A stretch of 63,577 bases of DNA, counting the filler, from Sphacelaria rigidula (lineage: Eukaryota): assembly GCA_964200075.2 (NCBI GenBank). It is 5 parts of 5 records of this genome, joined end to end, with 100 filler letters (N's around TTAATTAATTAA, not from the genome) between each part and the next. Parts side by side here need not be neighbours in the genome. Positions count along the whole stretch, not along the records: positions 38,211 to 50,844 come from CAXNAA020003549.1; 4 more parts are not named here. One strand, given 5' to 3'. Of this stretch, positions 38,111-50,944 are shown piece by piece. A model generated the notes under the pieces. It worked only from the letters and a program-made list of their open reading frames with translations. It made no database searches and was not told the DNA's origin. The position numbers and the translations under genes were made by a program. Every line of letters begins with the position of its first letter. Positions within the stretch are counted from its first letter, which is position 1.

Positions 38111-41100
38111 NNNNNNNNNNNNNNNNNNNNNNNNNNNNNNNNNNNNNNNNNNNNTTAATTAATTAANNNNNNNNNNNNNNNNNNNNNNNNNNNNNNNNNN
38201 NNNNNNNNNNATTCACTCGAGGGTGGATACCATATAACATATTGTGCAGTGCAGGCATCTTGCGCGCATTACAGGTTTGAGAAACCTGTGTGTGGTTCAG
38301 GCCCCATGACTGCAGATTAATTAACCTCGTTGACTTAGGTAGGTCCCGCATTCAACCGAAGGTGGGAAACATATACCAGCGCTCACGTCGAACTTGTCGC
38401 ACATGGCGTGCATGTACAAGCCATTCACGCCTTGAGTCACGAAGAAGGGTAGACTGCGTGAATTATATCACGCCTTGAGTCATGAAGAAGGGTTGACTGC
38501 GTGAAATACAACTGATGTACGAACCGCATGATTTATTCATTAAGATGATGACTTGGAGTTGACTCACGAGTTGATTTGTCTTAACCGTGAAACCTTGAAC
38601 CTTGTACGGAGTGGTATGAGAATCTATATATCTACCGCATGTACTGCTCAGTGTACTGTAGTACGGCTGTGTATTATATCGTGAATCTACGTTTAAAATC
38701 GGACAACACACCCCATCGCTTGTGGCCTTGTGCGAAGGATAGCGTTTCTGCGATCCCTGGTGGCTTGTTGGCGCTGTTGCTGTCGTTGACCAGTACTGGG
38801 CAAAGAATCTTGATGCCGACCCATGAGAGACATACGCTCCGCACGTACACTCTCTCGGGCAAGAGGTGTACACGTAGACGATCGATCGCCCATGGAGTGC
38901 CGGGAGTCACGACGACGAGGACCACCGAGGGCGATGAGTTCTGATCCACCAGTGGAGGCAACCGGAGCGGTGGCGAAGAACGATCTCTGCCCCCGGCGAG
39001 GACGGCCAGACGGAGTACCACGTGATCGGGGTATTTCGCGGTTATTTCCATTTGAATTTTGCGCCATCGTCGAGACAGCAATAAGGACGAGAAGTACTCG
39101 TGCGATATGTGACATACTCAGCACGACTGTGGGTGTGCGTTGAGCCCAGTGCAAGGGGTAGACCGATGGGTATACCCACCGTTTATCTTGTCGGATAAAT
39201 ACAGATTCGAAAGCTTTCTCGAATTTTGAAAAAGAGGTTCGAGGGAGTATACGAAATGCATGTAGCGTAACCCCTGGGACGATAGGTCACAATTTCTGGA
39301 CGCACAGGAAACGGTAACAAAAACACACGTGTGGATGTATTCGTGATATGCCAGACGTTCATTTTGCTTCCGTTTTGACAGATATGTACTATTCCAAAGT
39401 TTTTTTGTGTGTGTCACGTCTCTCCGACCCACCGTCCGTGCAGCGCCGGGTACAGCCGCATTAGCAGCCATGGGTCGAACTCAACCCAGGGAGGACGAAA
39501 TGACCTGAAACTTCGTGCGGATCCTTATGCTACCTATAGACGCGCGATGATATGGTTTCTAGCGTGAGAGACACTTGATTTGAAAAAGTGGAAGGGTTTG
39601 GCCCGTGGAATGACGAGGGATCACCACAACCACCACCACCACCACCATTCTTTATTTTCCACACGGATACCTCTCAGGTGCCCCCGAGAGAATACGTGAG
39701 TGCGCTTGCTCAACAGCACGCGGCATGATCTTGGGATCGGAAACGTCTTGGGAGCGCAACTCCCGATACCGGACCAATACCAGGCCACTCAAGCAGCAAC
39801 AAAACATATCAAGTTTATTCTCCTTACTTCGACGATCACGGTAGTAAGGGATGATGAACAGCCTTCTCTCTCACAGTTCCCTTACAGAATCCCCTCACAA
39901 GGAAAAAGGACGTGACATAAGTCTGAGGCCCCAGGGTGTGTGGAGAGGGAAGATCGATAGACGCTCAAGTGTCAATTCCTACTGCAAGCTTGTGACCTGG
40001 TATTCTTCCATCAGCGACGTTCCAAAACACCCACACTTCTACCAGAAAGGTGTGCACATTTTGCTGAATGCATGAAACGTAATATCAACTTCGCAGCAAT
40101 GATCATGACTACGTGAGTACAGGGAAAACTTGGAGCTAACCAAAAGTACGAAAGGGTGTGGTGTAGTGGCCCAACCAGACCGAGCGCCATGTGCAAAGCC
40201 CGAAACCCCGTGCAATGCATCAGCATCCATTTCGTCACATCCACAACTCGATCATCAGTAACGAGTTACTCCAATAAAAAAAGGTCGCGATGATAAACTC
40301 GTGTGAAGGGCCCCGAGCTGATGCGGGTAATTTTGCTTCTGCAACGACCACAGTCGACAGAGGGCATGCTCTTGAACAAAAAAGAGGCATGGCGGAGCGA
40401 TGGAGTTGGGGGAGCAGCAGAATTGCGGGAAAATACATGGCAATATACGTATGCGTGCAAACACGCCAACAAATCACAATAAAAAATACGTCATTCAAAA
40501 TTACGACGGAAGATAGAACGAATTGACGACAAATCAGGTCTGTGTTACGCAGTGCAACTAATCCCGCCCCATCCTCCGGTACTTCCTTCCCCCAACTAGA
40601 GGAGTCGCGATCGTGCGCAATCAAACGAAGGAGAGATTCTCCGCCGTTTTTTTCTCGATTAATTGATACAACTGTTTCCCACCCCCGTTATCTTGCCATC
40701 TACTTCCATTGCGTTCAAAAAATACCACGGACAGGTCGCAGCCGCGCGCCCCCTCTACGCCCCTTTTACACAGAGACAAAACAAGTTTCTGCTCTTGCTT
40801 TCAGATATAATGGGGACAGGGAGGGGGAGGGGGGGAAGAAAAAAAGAGAACAAACAGACAAGGAACCGCCGTAAGTAGACATACAAATAAAACAAACAAA
40901 AATATGCGTCATCACCAAATATTCAACTCCCACCGAATACCCTCCCGACCCAAAGCCCCAACCTCCACCACTCAGTGCTCCTGTGTCCCAAAAAGCAAAC
41001 TCATCATCAAACGTCGGTTACTGTATGCCCATCACATTTGGGCTCCCGACCAAGCATCCTCCCCGCCCCCTCCCCGAAACGACGGGGAAACGACCGGGCC

Positions 41101-41179
41101 CNNNNNNNNNNCCCCCCCCCCCCCCCCCCCCCCCCCCGCGTCCCCCAAAAACACACCCCAACCCCCCCACCCCTCCCCT

Positions 41180-41221
<42 letters not shown>

Positions 41222-42519
41222 ACCCCGGCCCATCCCGCCCTGTCGACACCCGACGTAGCCCTGGGTGGGCTGTCTGCCGCGCATGATGATGTACACCTCG
41301 CCCACCCAAGAAGGTTTCTCACATGACAGACGACTTGAAACCACCGGCTGCGTAGCATTCATCAACCATCCTGTCGGGGGTAAACTCAAATATATTGTCG
41401 GCGTCAACACTCGTCTTAACCTGTTGTCCCGCCTCGACCACGGCCATGACTGCCGCATATGGTCGACGACCAGCGCTCCCGGCTCTCGAAAGTGATTCTT
41501 TCACAAAACACGTAGAAAGACGTGCCCGAGAAACGAATTTTCGTTCAACGCGCGAGTCTCACACAGCAGCGACTCCGCGGACGAAATGTGTTCTTTCATT
41601 TCTCGAACCCCCCCCAAAAAAGGGAAAATGTGCCATTCCCTGACCCCTCCCCCTCCCCAACCCTCCTTTGGCCCTCGCACAATACTACTGTACTCTACCC
41701 CCGCAATTAAGCGGCGCAAAAATTCCCCGTTTTACTTACTTGAAACCATACGGCGGGTCACAAACTTCCCGAATCATCCCCTGTGCCTCTGTACTCAATC
41801 TCCTGCAAGTGAAGAATCATCATAGGCTGTGTGTTGTTGCGACCTTCTTACCGGCGGTATCGGGGCGATTGATCGATCAACACACGCATAAAAACACGCA
41901 CAAACACGCACAAACACATCGACACACAAAAAAAACACACAAACACACACAAGACGATGGCTCACACACGTCTCCTCGACCTCCCGCTCACCCATCCATC
42001 GATGGGAGAAACAAAAAAAAAAAACATCGGTCAATCAAGATCATTAGACAAGAGCTGCGCACTCTCCACACTCCCCTCAAACAAGTCTCTCACGCTAGCA
42101 CCACGCCGACCACAGGTGTTTTGATTCGAATTCATGTCTCTTTGGTCAGAAATCCGTCGGGGCTCCAAGAAACGGACAGCGACACCACAGCCCGTAAACA
42201 CGGTATTACGCGACGTCTACCCTACATTTCCAAGGGCAACCTAGACGACTCATACTACCCCCCATCACAACATTCTAGAGACCTACCGGCTTTACAGGGG
42301 TTGAGTGAATGTTTGTGGGCTTCGGAGGAAATTGTACGGAAGCCGGCACATTGGTTACAGGACAGGGAACAGGGGATAGCAGGGGCTACACGGGGAGTGA
42401 GGAAACCAACAAGGGCGGGGGCGCGGGGAAAGGGGGGGATACAGGGAGAGGCCAAAAACGTGGTATGAAATGTACGTACGTCCCTCTCAAAAAACTTTTT
42501 CATAACGACGGCTTCCTCG

Positions 42520-45500
42520 TCAGGAGATGACGCACGCCTTTTTCCCCTTCTTCTTTTTCATCTTCCTCTGGTTCTGCTCCAGAACGCACCGGATAGCCCC
42601 ATCAAACACCTGCTCATCGTGGGCACAAAACAGACGACAAACAACAGGAACAATACAAGGGAAAAAAAAAAAATGGCAAAAACTATGGGGTGGCGCGGCT
42701 GGACAACGACTTGATAGACTTGAAACCTTGACCTCACACGAAGTACCAGGCTTGAAATGTGTTTCAAACTCGGGGTGAAGTGAAGGTTGGCAAACACGAT
42801 GACTGTTGTGTTTTGCAAACCCTGTGCGATAGTCAGTGTTGCGCCAAAAATAAAGAAAAAAGTAATATGCATGCGGATTTTCGCGTAACAAATGGCAAAA
42901 ACTATGGGGTGGCGCGGGTGAACAACGACTTGATAAACGTGAAACCTCGACCTCACACGAAGTACCAGGCTTGAAATGTGTGTGCAGACTCGGGGTGAAG
43001 TGAAGGATACCATACACGATGACGGTTGACGGTTGCGTGTTGCACAACCCTGGGCGATGACCAGTGTCGCGCCAAAAAAAAAGTCAAATGTTCGCGGATT
43101 TTCGCGTACAGTACTCGAGTCATCATGCAAAATATCAGCTTAGAGCATGCCCAAAGTGGGTATGATCCACACGAGCGAGGAAACCCTAGGGAAGGACCTG
43201 CGGCCCAACACGCAGCATATCTGAAAATATGTGTTTAAGGCTGGATCGTCGGCGTAAGTCGCAGGCTGAAAACGTGATAACGTCCCGCGTTCGGTGGTGT
43301 GCATGGTGTTGCTCGGCAAGGGTGCCTTGCGGGCCTCATGGTACGCCCATAGTTGGCGGCCGCGCTACGCGTTCCCGCTCGTCACCACGCCTAGGGTGTA
43401 ATATTTCGAGTCTGCAAACCGCCAGGAAAAAAAGCATTTGAATTGCTTTCAGACAAATGAGAACGGCATGATCGTTTGCATGCCTGCCTGGCGGCGCAGC
43501 TGGTGGCTTTCGAATTTGAAAACTCCGTCTCGACCAAAATATACAGTGCAGTGTGATTGCTGATGCAATGTACTGCCTGTGCTGTGCTGCAATTGACAGT
43601 ACAGTACTGCAATACTGTGTTACAGTATCCGTGTCGTAACACTGCGTGACCGCATCTGATCTGAAACCAGCACGTAACCGCATCTCGTGTTTCCTTGGAT
43701 ACTTCCCTACGGTAAAGTCTCAATCATGAGAGCAATTTTCGTTCTGGATTTCTTGCCGGCGACTTCCAGTTCCCCCATAAAACTCTGCGCACGAGTCGGG
43801 CACAACACAGATACAATAGGCGCCGAGCGCTCGAACGATCGGGCCCTGCAATAATTACTAACATGGCCGCATGCAATTTCAGAGAATGCCGTCGATGCGC
43901 CCTCGAAGCGGCTTCCCCGCAATCCAGACTTTGTGCACTGGAGGTGAACGCATGTATGCACAAGCAGGTCCACCAACTTCGACATCTTGAGCGGCTGAGC
44001 GGCCGATGTGGTGGCAAGCTGACACCGGTGACCCTTTCTGGATCATGACCATCGGTAGTGTACAGATCGGCATGTAGCCTGTAGAGGTGCGCAGTTCATG
44101 ACGTACGGCTCCCAAGCGCGCTGTAGCCGCTGCAAGGCGCTGAAGCTTCAGTCATATGTTACGCAAACCACAGCCAACAGTTTACCGTCGCTATATCTGG
44201 TGCTGTCCACTGCAGCTTGGCGGGCTATAATAGAGGGAAAAGTGTTCAGATTCTGTTCCGAAAAATATCTGTACACAGATGCAGGGTACAAAAAACTGTG
44301 CCATCTAGTTGCCTGTGGATATTCAATGGATGACAAAACCCGTGCGCCCAGTCACCCGTAAATAACTTTCAGTCGAATACACGAGGAAAAATTCCCACAC
44401 ACTGGACACTGAATTACCCTGTCAAAAATTGCACTGCGTACAGTATAGGGCACCGCGTGTACTGCAACAGACGAAAGATTGAACGCTCCTATACTGTACG
44501 CTGTACAATTCTTGACAATGTCATCATCTAATACCCAGGGTGTGCAATTACAGCCGACAAATTCGCGTGACCCACCATGTAGGGGCAACAAACACCACAA
44601 AACTACTCAACTAGACATATGAACAGCCGACTAAATAGTCACTATTCGTGAAGAGTGGGGCTGTCCTCTTACGAAAAAAAATCCACATCCCGAATTTCAG
44701 AAAGAGCCGCCCGAACAACACAAATATCGCGTGCTAAGTTCCTCGATATCGCAAAATCCCAAAATCTCACCTCCCGAAAAAATCTCGAGAACAAAAACCA
44801 TCAACTTACCTGTTTCAACCCGTGCTGCGTCAGCGCGCTGCACTCGAGGTAACGGTAAGCATCGAGGTCGGACGCGAGCCCCTGAGCCTCACTGAAGCTA
44901 ATGGGCATCTGCCTTCTCTCCGCTAGACGCCGCACCGCGTCCTGGTCATCCCTCAGATCTAGCTTCGTGCCCACAAGGATGAATGGAATACCCTGCCGTC
45001 ACAAAAAACAATATCGAGAGAGAAAAAAAATGGAGTATGATGACCAGGATACTGTACATGAACATTCCGACGAAAATGTCAACACGCATACCACAGGGAT
45101 GCACATTGCCCTCAAGGCATAGGAAAGGTCACCTCGGGTCCTCTGTTTCACCACCGGAAAAGCGTCACACTCCAAGGAGGGGAGGCGTCTCACTCGATAC
45201 GAATTTGTCCGCCTCAACTTTTACAAGCAAGCACGCACCCTCAGCCGGGCCCTCTTGACTTACGTCTGTAACGGGTGAAGATATCACCGCCTGCTCTGAG
45301 GATACGTGGTACCTCCATCAGTTCAAATAACCCGCATCCGTCAACACACATCAAACATGAAAAAATGACGCCCCACAAGATATCGATATCCAGTATCCGC
45401 CCCCCCTCCCCCCTCCCCCCGCCGATTCGAACCTGAACAACTAGACAAGACTAACGGCTCATAATAATGACACCCTGAAATATATATACGCCATTACTGA

Positions 45501-47012
45501 AAACAAAAGGCGTAATATTGTATCGGGCAAAAGCACTCCACGATCGCCGCGGATAGGTGGGCTCACCGCTTGAGACCACGGATTCGTGCCGAGGAAGCGG
45601 AACGGGAGTTTCACCAAATATGACAGAAGGAAACACAAATCGTCGCGATACTGCTCTCGCAGGGGTGTGCAATCTTGTTCTGAAAGGCGGCATGGGTATG
45701 GGGGTACCGTAGTGAGCGGTCTAACTTTTCATTTCGGGGCGATTTGTGATTTTTTTTTCGTTCTTGTCGATTTTCTTGGGCTCTTTTTGCTTGCCACCGC
45801 TCATCACGAAGGTATCTGAAGACATTTGTATCCGCTCCACATCTCAAAAAAAAAGGTACTCAATACTGAGTGACTTACGGGCTGACCGGTCAGTGGGGGT
45901 CCTACCGATTTTTTAGCCCAGATTCTTCCTCTTCGGTATTTTCGATCGATCGAGTCTATCCCGATCATTGTTGTGAAGGAATGTACAGTTTTATTTTTTT
46001 GAAATTATATCTACTCATTGCACTTGAGCCGGAAAACTGCGTTTCACGGTCGATCACACCCTCCTGTTAAACGGGGTACTTACTCGTATCGCCCGATAAC
46101 ACCAACTGACACTGAATCGGGCAATATGTTTCGAGAATGATATGTTCGCTGTACGAAAATCTACCGACGCTAGCAATTTCTACAACACCCCTGATTAGTT
46201 AGACCGCTCACTACTATACATGCCATGCCAGAGTAGAATCTTGAAAAATTCAACCATGCGAAACCATTAACCCTTTTGGAACACATTGACGGTTCTAGTT
46301 TTCGTGAATCGTCATCAATTTCACTCATTTTGACTTCAAAATGGTGCCGAATCACAAACACAGAATTCGTCAACCGGTTCCCAAAGGGTTGAGCCCGCTC
46401 AAAGGAATCCTTCCACGTGCTAACCTGACCGCGACCGCGACAGCGGGACGGCTGTATATTTGTGGCATGTGAAGGAGAAAAAGCCCTCCCTGGACACATG
46501 AAGGTATCGGTCTCGCACATCTGGCAACCCCGAGGAAAATTCCAGCAGGGCGAAAACACCATGCTCCCACGGAAGACTTGCTACCGCGTGTCCGGGTTCG
46601 TGGAATCTTTCGTGGGACACGCACAAGTTGAAGAGGCACCGAGAGGATGAATCTCCGTCACCTTGGGGACCACCATACAGCGCAGCTCTTGGTTGTGGGG
46701 AATGATAAATCTTGGACGTTATCAAGGGGACCATTTGGGGAACTCAAGTAACGTTCAAAACGTGTTATCTACTTCTCTGCACTAGCACACGAGAAGTGGG
46801 CGGCCTCCGTGTTCTGTGAACAGGATCGAACACTCATCCAGCACCCTGTACATCAAAGGGGAAAAGAGGGGCACCGAGGGGGAGGGGAGGCGAGGGGAGG
46901 CGAGGGGGGGCGTACTCACCGGAGCGTGGTGTTGCAGCTCGGGTATCCACTTTAGCTTCACGTTATGGAAGCTTGTCGGGTCTACCACGCTAAAACAGAC
47001 CAGAAAAACGTC
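42520..47012 (-). CDS. RAC: Rac/Rho-family small GTPase, last three exons (N-terminal exons not found in this window)
   Basis: Three phase-0 exons with GT-AG borders: 47012-46920 ([31 protein letters not shown]), 44992-44810 ([16 protein letters not shown]...[16 protein letters not shown], with G4 TKLD, the Rho insert and G5 SAL), 42609-42520 ([29 protein letters not shown], polybasic tail plus CAAX). Confidence 0.93.
42671..43110. repeat. Tandem duplication, 2 x ~220 bp, in the last Rac intron
   Basis: aaatggcaaaaactatggggtggcgcgg...gacctcacacgaagtaccaggcttgaaatgtg at ~42671 and ~42890. Confidence 0.85.
46271..46388. mobile_element. 118-bp piggyBac-like MITE in a Rac intron
   Basis: TTAA|cccttttggaac ... 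gttcccaaaggg|TTGA. A similar terminus (ggtcccaaaaggg|TTAA) ends at 25704. Confidence 0.6.
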
Positions 47013-49833
47013 CTGCGGGGGAAAAAAAAGGGGGGGGGGGGGGAAGAAAAAAGAAAACGGGAGGGGGGGGAGGGCGGTTTAGTGATGTTTGTCCCGGTTG
47101 CCANNNNNNNNNNCGCAAGGCGCCAAAAAGCAAAGAGAGCGGAGGGAGAGGGAGAGGGGAGGGGGAATGGGGGGGGGGGGGGGGAATAGAACAGAAAACG
47201 GGACGGGGTGGAGCGCGTTTTAGTGAAGTTTGTACCGTTTCACATGTGCTGTAATCATATGGCTCTCCACCGTGCTCAACTCTCCGTGTGCCCGTAGTTC
47301 GTTTTCTGCATCGATGGCTAGATTGCAAGGTTGTGTTCGGTAGGGTATTTGCACCCGGGAGCGGGGTATTCCTGGCTGGTATACTAAATCATTCCGGTGT
47401 GGTCTGGCAGAGTATCGGGTCTTGCTCCGAACCAGTATGTTTCGGGAGAATCTTCACCGATAATCACCTCTTTCGTGTCAAGACAGGTTCGTCATCAATT
47501 GGTCCACGCATCGCGAGACGGGGATTTTTCACAACCAACCACATTCCTCTTCCTGCGTTGTGTCAGCAAAACCTCAAAAACGTGGCGCCGAAACGGAGCA
47601 AAAGCCATCCCCTGCACTACTGTAGCTTTGCTATTTGTCGAGCACAGTTTGTGTGAAGGATGCGGGCGCCCGTCCCGGAACAAAATGGAGAAAAAAAAAA
47701 AATGGAATTTTGTCATCTAGCTTCTACTCGGTGCCCTCATCATCACTCCGGTGCTGGCACATCAAGACCACACAACTGCTCTGCTCCGAAAAAATTGCGT
47801 CCGTCTCTCAAGATAAGAAGTATGTTCCATCCTTTCGTCGTAACGAGGGAACAGAACATCCTTCTCATCTCGGGAGGCGCAGCTGCTGTTCATAAAACAG
47901 AGCAGATTGTCGGCCTCGAGCGGTAGCGCCAGCTCTGAGTGACGAGCACTACTGAACTGTGCAAAATGATTCCGGGGGCAAGACTTCGAACCTGAAAAAA
48001 AAAGTGTGTTTATGCTGCTGGTGCCATTTCCACTATTTCGTCTGGTAGTTTAGTCACCGGTATCGGAACCGTTTTTGATGTGTAGACAATACTGTTGCAT
48101 GCACCAAGTCCCCTCGTCCAAGGGTTCTCGGTCTGCCGAGGCAAACGGGGGTTGGCGGAACTGTTTGTACTGCTTGCAAGTAGGGTGTCTTGAGTGCGGA
48201 TGTGCGCGCTTCGTGCTGGAGAAGATNNNNNNNNNNGTGCAGACAGCCCAAGACAATCAATTCTCTCTGCTCACAAAGCGAATGAAAATAACTTCAGCAA
48301 CGTGCAGCTTTGTGCTGCCTGCATCGTCCATGAGCGTGCACGCAACTCGGTTGCCCATCGTACCGCACGCAGTTCCATACCTGGTGACTACCGTGAGACA
48401 AGATGCGCAAGTTTTCGCCAACAAAAGATAAACAAAGCACTACCCAACTACTTTCGTGTATCAATCCCTGTGCTCAACTCGTGCTCTATGCTGCAGGGTT
48501 GCGGTGGTAGCTGAATATGAGTTGGATGGAGTTTGCAGTTTGCATGGTCCTGTGAACGGGTGTTCTTTGGCGTGGTGGTCTGTAAGACAATAGTCAAGTG
48601 CCGCTTCGTGTCTTTCGACTGCATGTTTTCGATCGACAAAAAAAACTTTCTTCACTCGTTGCATTCTTCTCCGCGCGCCGCTATTTTAAATTTTGAGTTG
48701 AAGCCTTCGAGGAACATGAATGCGGTGGACCTATCAGATAGGGAGAAAAACTTCGATCGCACTTTATCGGTAAAAAAAAAGTGATAGGACACGCCCCGAC
48801 CCACATTGGCGGCGGGCAGAGGATGTCAACCTTGAACCGTTTGACCGCGAGGGTAGGTCACCTGCAAAACCGGCACTTCGCTTGAAAAAAATATGTGCGA
48901 TCCAGACGGACTACACGTACCCGCATCGGGGTCCAAGGGTTGACCCTCATATCGGGAAGGTCGTCCATCTGAATCATGCACACTTTTTTCGAGAGAATTT
49001 GGTGCCGATTCGGTAGATGACCTACTCTCGCCGTGTAAGGATGAAACAAAGAGGGTGGGCAATCTAGATCGCAGATTCATTTTTCAAGTAAAAATGATGC
49101 CGATTCGACACATTACTTACCTTGGTACACCCTCAGACCGTGAGGGTAAGTCACCTGCCGAATCGCCATCGATTTCCACTTGAAAAAGTATGCATGGTCC
49201 AGATGGACTACCCGCATCGCAGTCTCGGGGTTAAAGAGTTGATGCCCCTTGTACCGCGAAGGTGCGCCTACCGAGGTCCCGAGACATTTTCCAAGTGATG
49301 ACGCTAATTCAACCAGTATAGTTCACCACTTCGTAGGTGACGAAAATTTCCGACTGGGCTTTGGTGTGAAAACGGGAGCCCGGATCTTCAATCAGGCTGT
49401 GCTCCTGTCGTACGCAGAACGCGTTTCGTCTCAATCGACGCCGATTTGCGGTTTACACCCCCCTCGCCCGAACGTTTTCGATATACCTTGGTTGGGGTGA
49501 GGGTTAGGGATACAGTGGGGATTCGAGTAAATCTAAATCATGAAATTCCGAAAAAGTTCCATTACCGACCAATTCAAAATATAACCCATCTCGGCGGCAA
49601 AAAAATTCGTCCGTTCAACCGCCAGCATAAGTCATCCATTCACTCGGCATCACTTTCACCTGGAAATATTGTACATGGCGCAGATCACTTACCCTGGCGG
49701 CCACAGGATCCCTGTAGACCACGAAGGTAGTTCATCTGGATTATTAATAATCTTTCCCGCTACGAAGTAATGCTGATGAAACAGATGCCCTACTCTCGCT
49801 CTTTTCTCTCCCCGTTGAACTCGGGGGAGCTAC

Positions 49834-50697
49834 GAGCTGGGCCAGCCTAAAAACGGACTCAAGCTCTAAAAGCAATATCTCATCGACACGGACGAGTTGG
49901 GCCGTTATCCGCATATCGTATTAATCGTCTCATCAAGGGCAAGGTGCCCATCTGCTCGAAAGTTTGGGCCCATTTTTTCTCGTTGATTAAACCTCACGTC
50001 TAGTAATTCCAACACCTGAGGGACACAGCGCCGATAATAAAATCTTTTATGAAACTCTCGTTCGACGCATTTGGCGGATGGCGACGAATTTTGGTGTGGA
50101 GAACCACAAAAGAGGGCCGAATTCAAAAAAAATTGGACCTTCCATTATTTCTTCTAGTAGAGGTTGAGGCGTTTTCGTGAAGAAATGGTCGTTACCATAG
50201 TAGAACGCCCTAGACCACTGAAAAAAAAATAAAAAAGCAACCTGACCCACTTTGTTTTGTTAGGTATGCTCTAGAGAGCGCCCACACAAAATTTCAATAG
50301 ACGAAAACCATGCATGGGCCGGTGAGTGGCCTACAAAATACTGTTCCGAATTTCTACCGATCAGGCTTTTTAAAGGCCCATGCTCCCGCCAAGATTTAGA
50401 GTTGGACCCTGAAATTTGGTATGGACAATGAATGCATAAGGGATGAAAAAAAAAATTACAGCGGCACCAAAAGTTTTTCTTCAGTTTCTTTCATGAGTTA
50501 AGGGCAATGATTAGTCTTCACGTACCAGTAGAATGCCCTTAACTCATGAAAAAATACAAGTAGAAAACTTTTGGTGCCGCTGTAATTTTTTTTCATGCCC
50601 TATGCATTGTACATACAAAATTTCAGGGTCTAACTCTAAATCTTGGCGGGAGCGTGGGCCTGCGAACTTCAAATCCGCCTCTAGGCTAGCCCAGCTC
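49834..50697. mobile_element. ~860-bp non-autonomous element, third Sola2-like family, with an internal hairpin
   Basis: TIRs gagctgggccagccta / taggctagcccagctc, flanks CTAC/GTAC. Internal inverted repeat ~50376-50508 versus ~50534-50660. Related pieces at 25705-26763 (inverted) and ~10385-10453. Confidence 0.75.
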
Positions 50698-50789
50698 GTA
50701 CATCCAACCGGTTTTCGTGGCGTCTCTCTTCTTATTTTCATTTTTGGTATTGGAAAGGCAAGCCTTCGTATGTGGCCACGGCTTCGCGA

Positions 50790-50844
50790 AATAATAAGAA
50801 TAATAATAAATAATAATAATAATAATAAATAATAATAAATAATA
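50790..50844. repeat. (AAT)n microsatellite at a contig end, probably a retroposon tail
   Basis: Direct reading; similar ttcgcg(g)aaataataa junction at ~31115. Confidence 0.85.
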
Positions 50845-50944
50845 NNNNNNNNNNNNNNNNNNNNNNNNNNNNNNNNNNNNNNNNNNNNTTAATTAATTAA
50901 NNNNNNNNNNNNNNNNNNNNNNNNNNNNNNNNNNNNNNNNNNNN

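Noticed and set aside
40904-41458. Proline-rich and glycine-rich ORFs
   Set aside because: Produced by poly-C tracts beside a 10-N gap; unreliable sequence.
41668-42468. 266-aa ORF on the plus strand
   Set aside because: Low-complexity (AC-rich) composition, no domain, and it lies antisense to the probable Rac 3' UTR.
12640-50944. Repeated TTAATTAATTAA motif within N runs
   Set aside because: Artificial contig linker. ORF ends reading ...LIN are artefacts, and neighbourhoods across these gaps may not be real.
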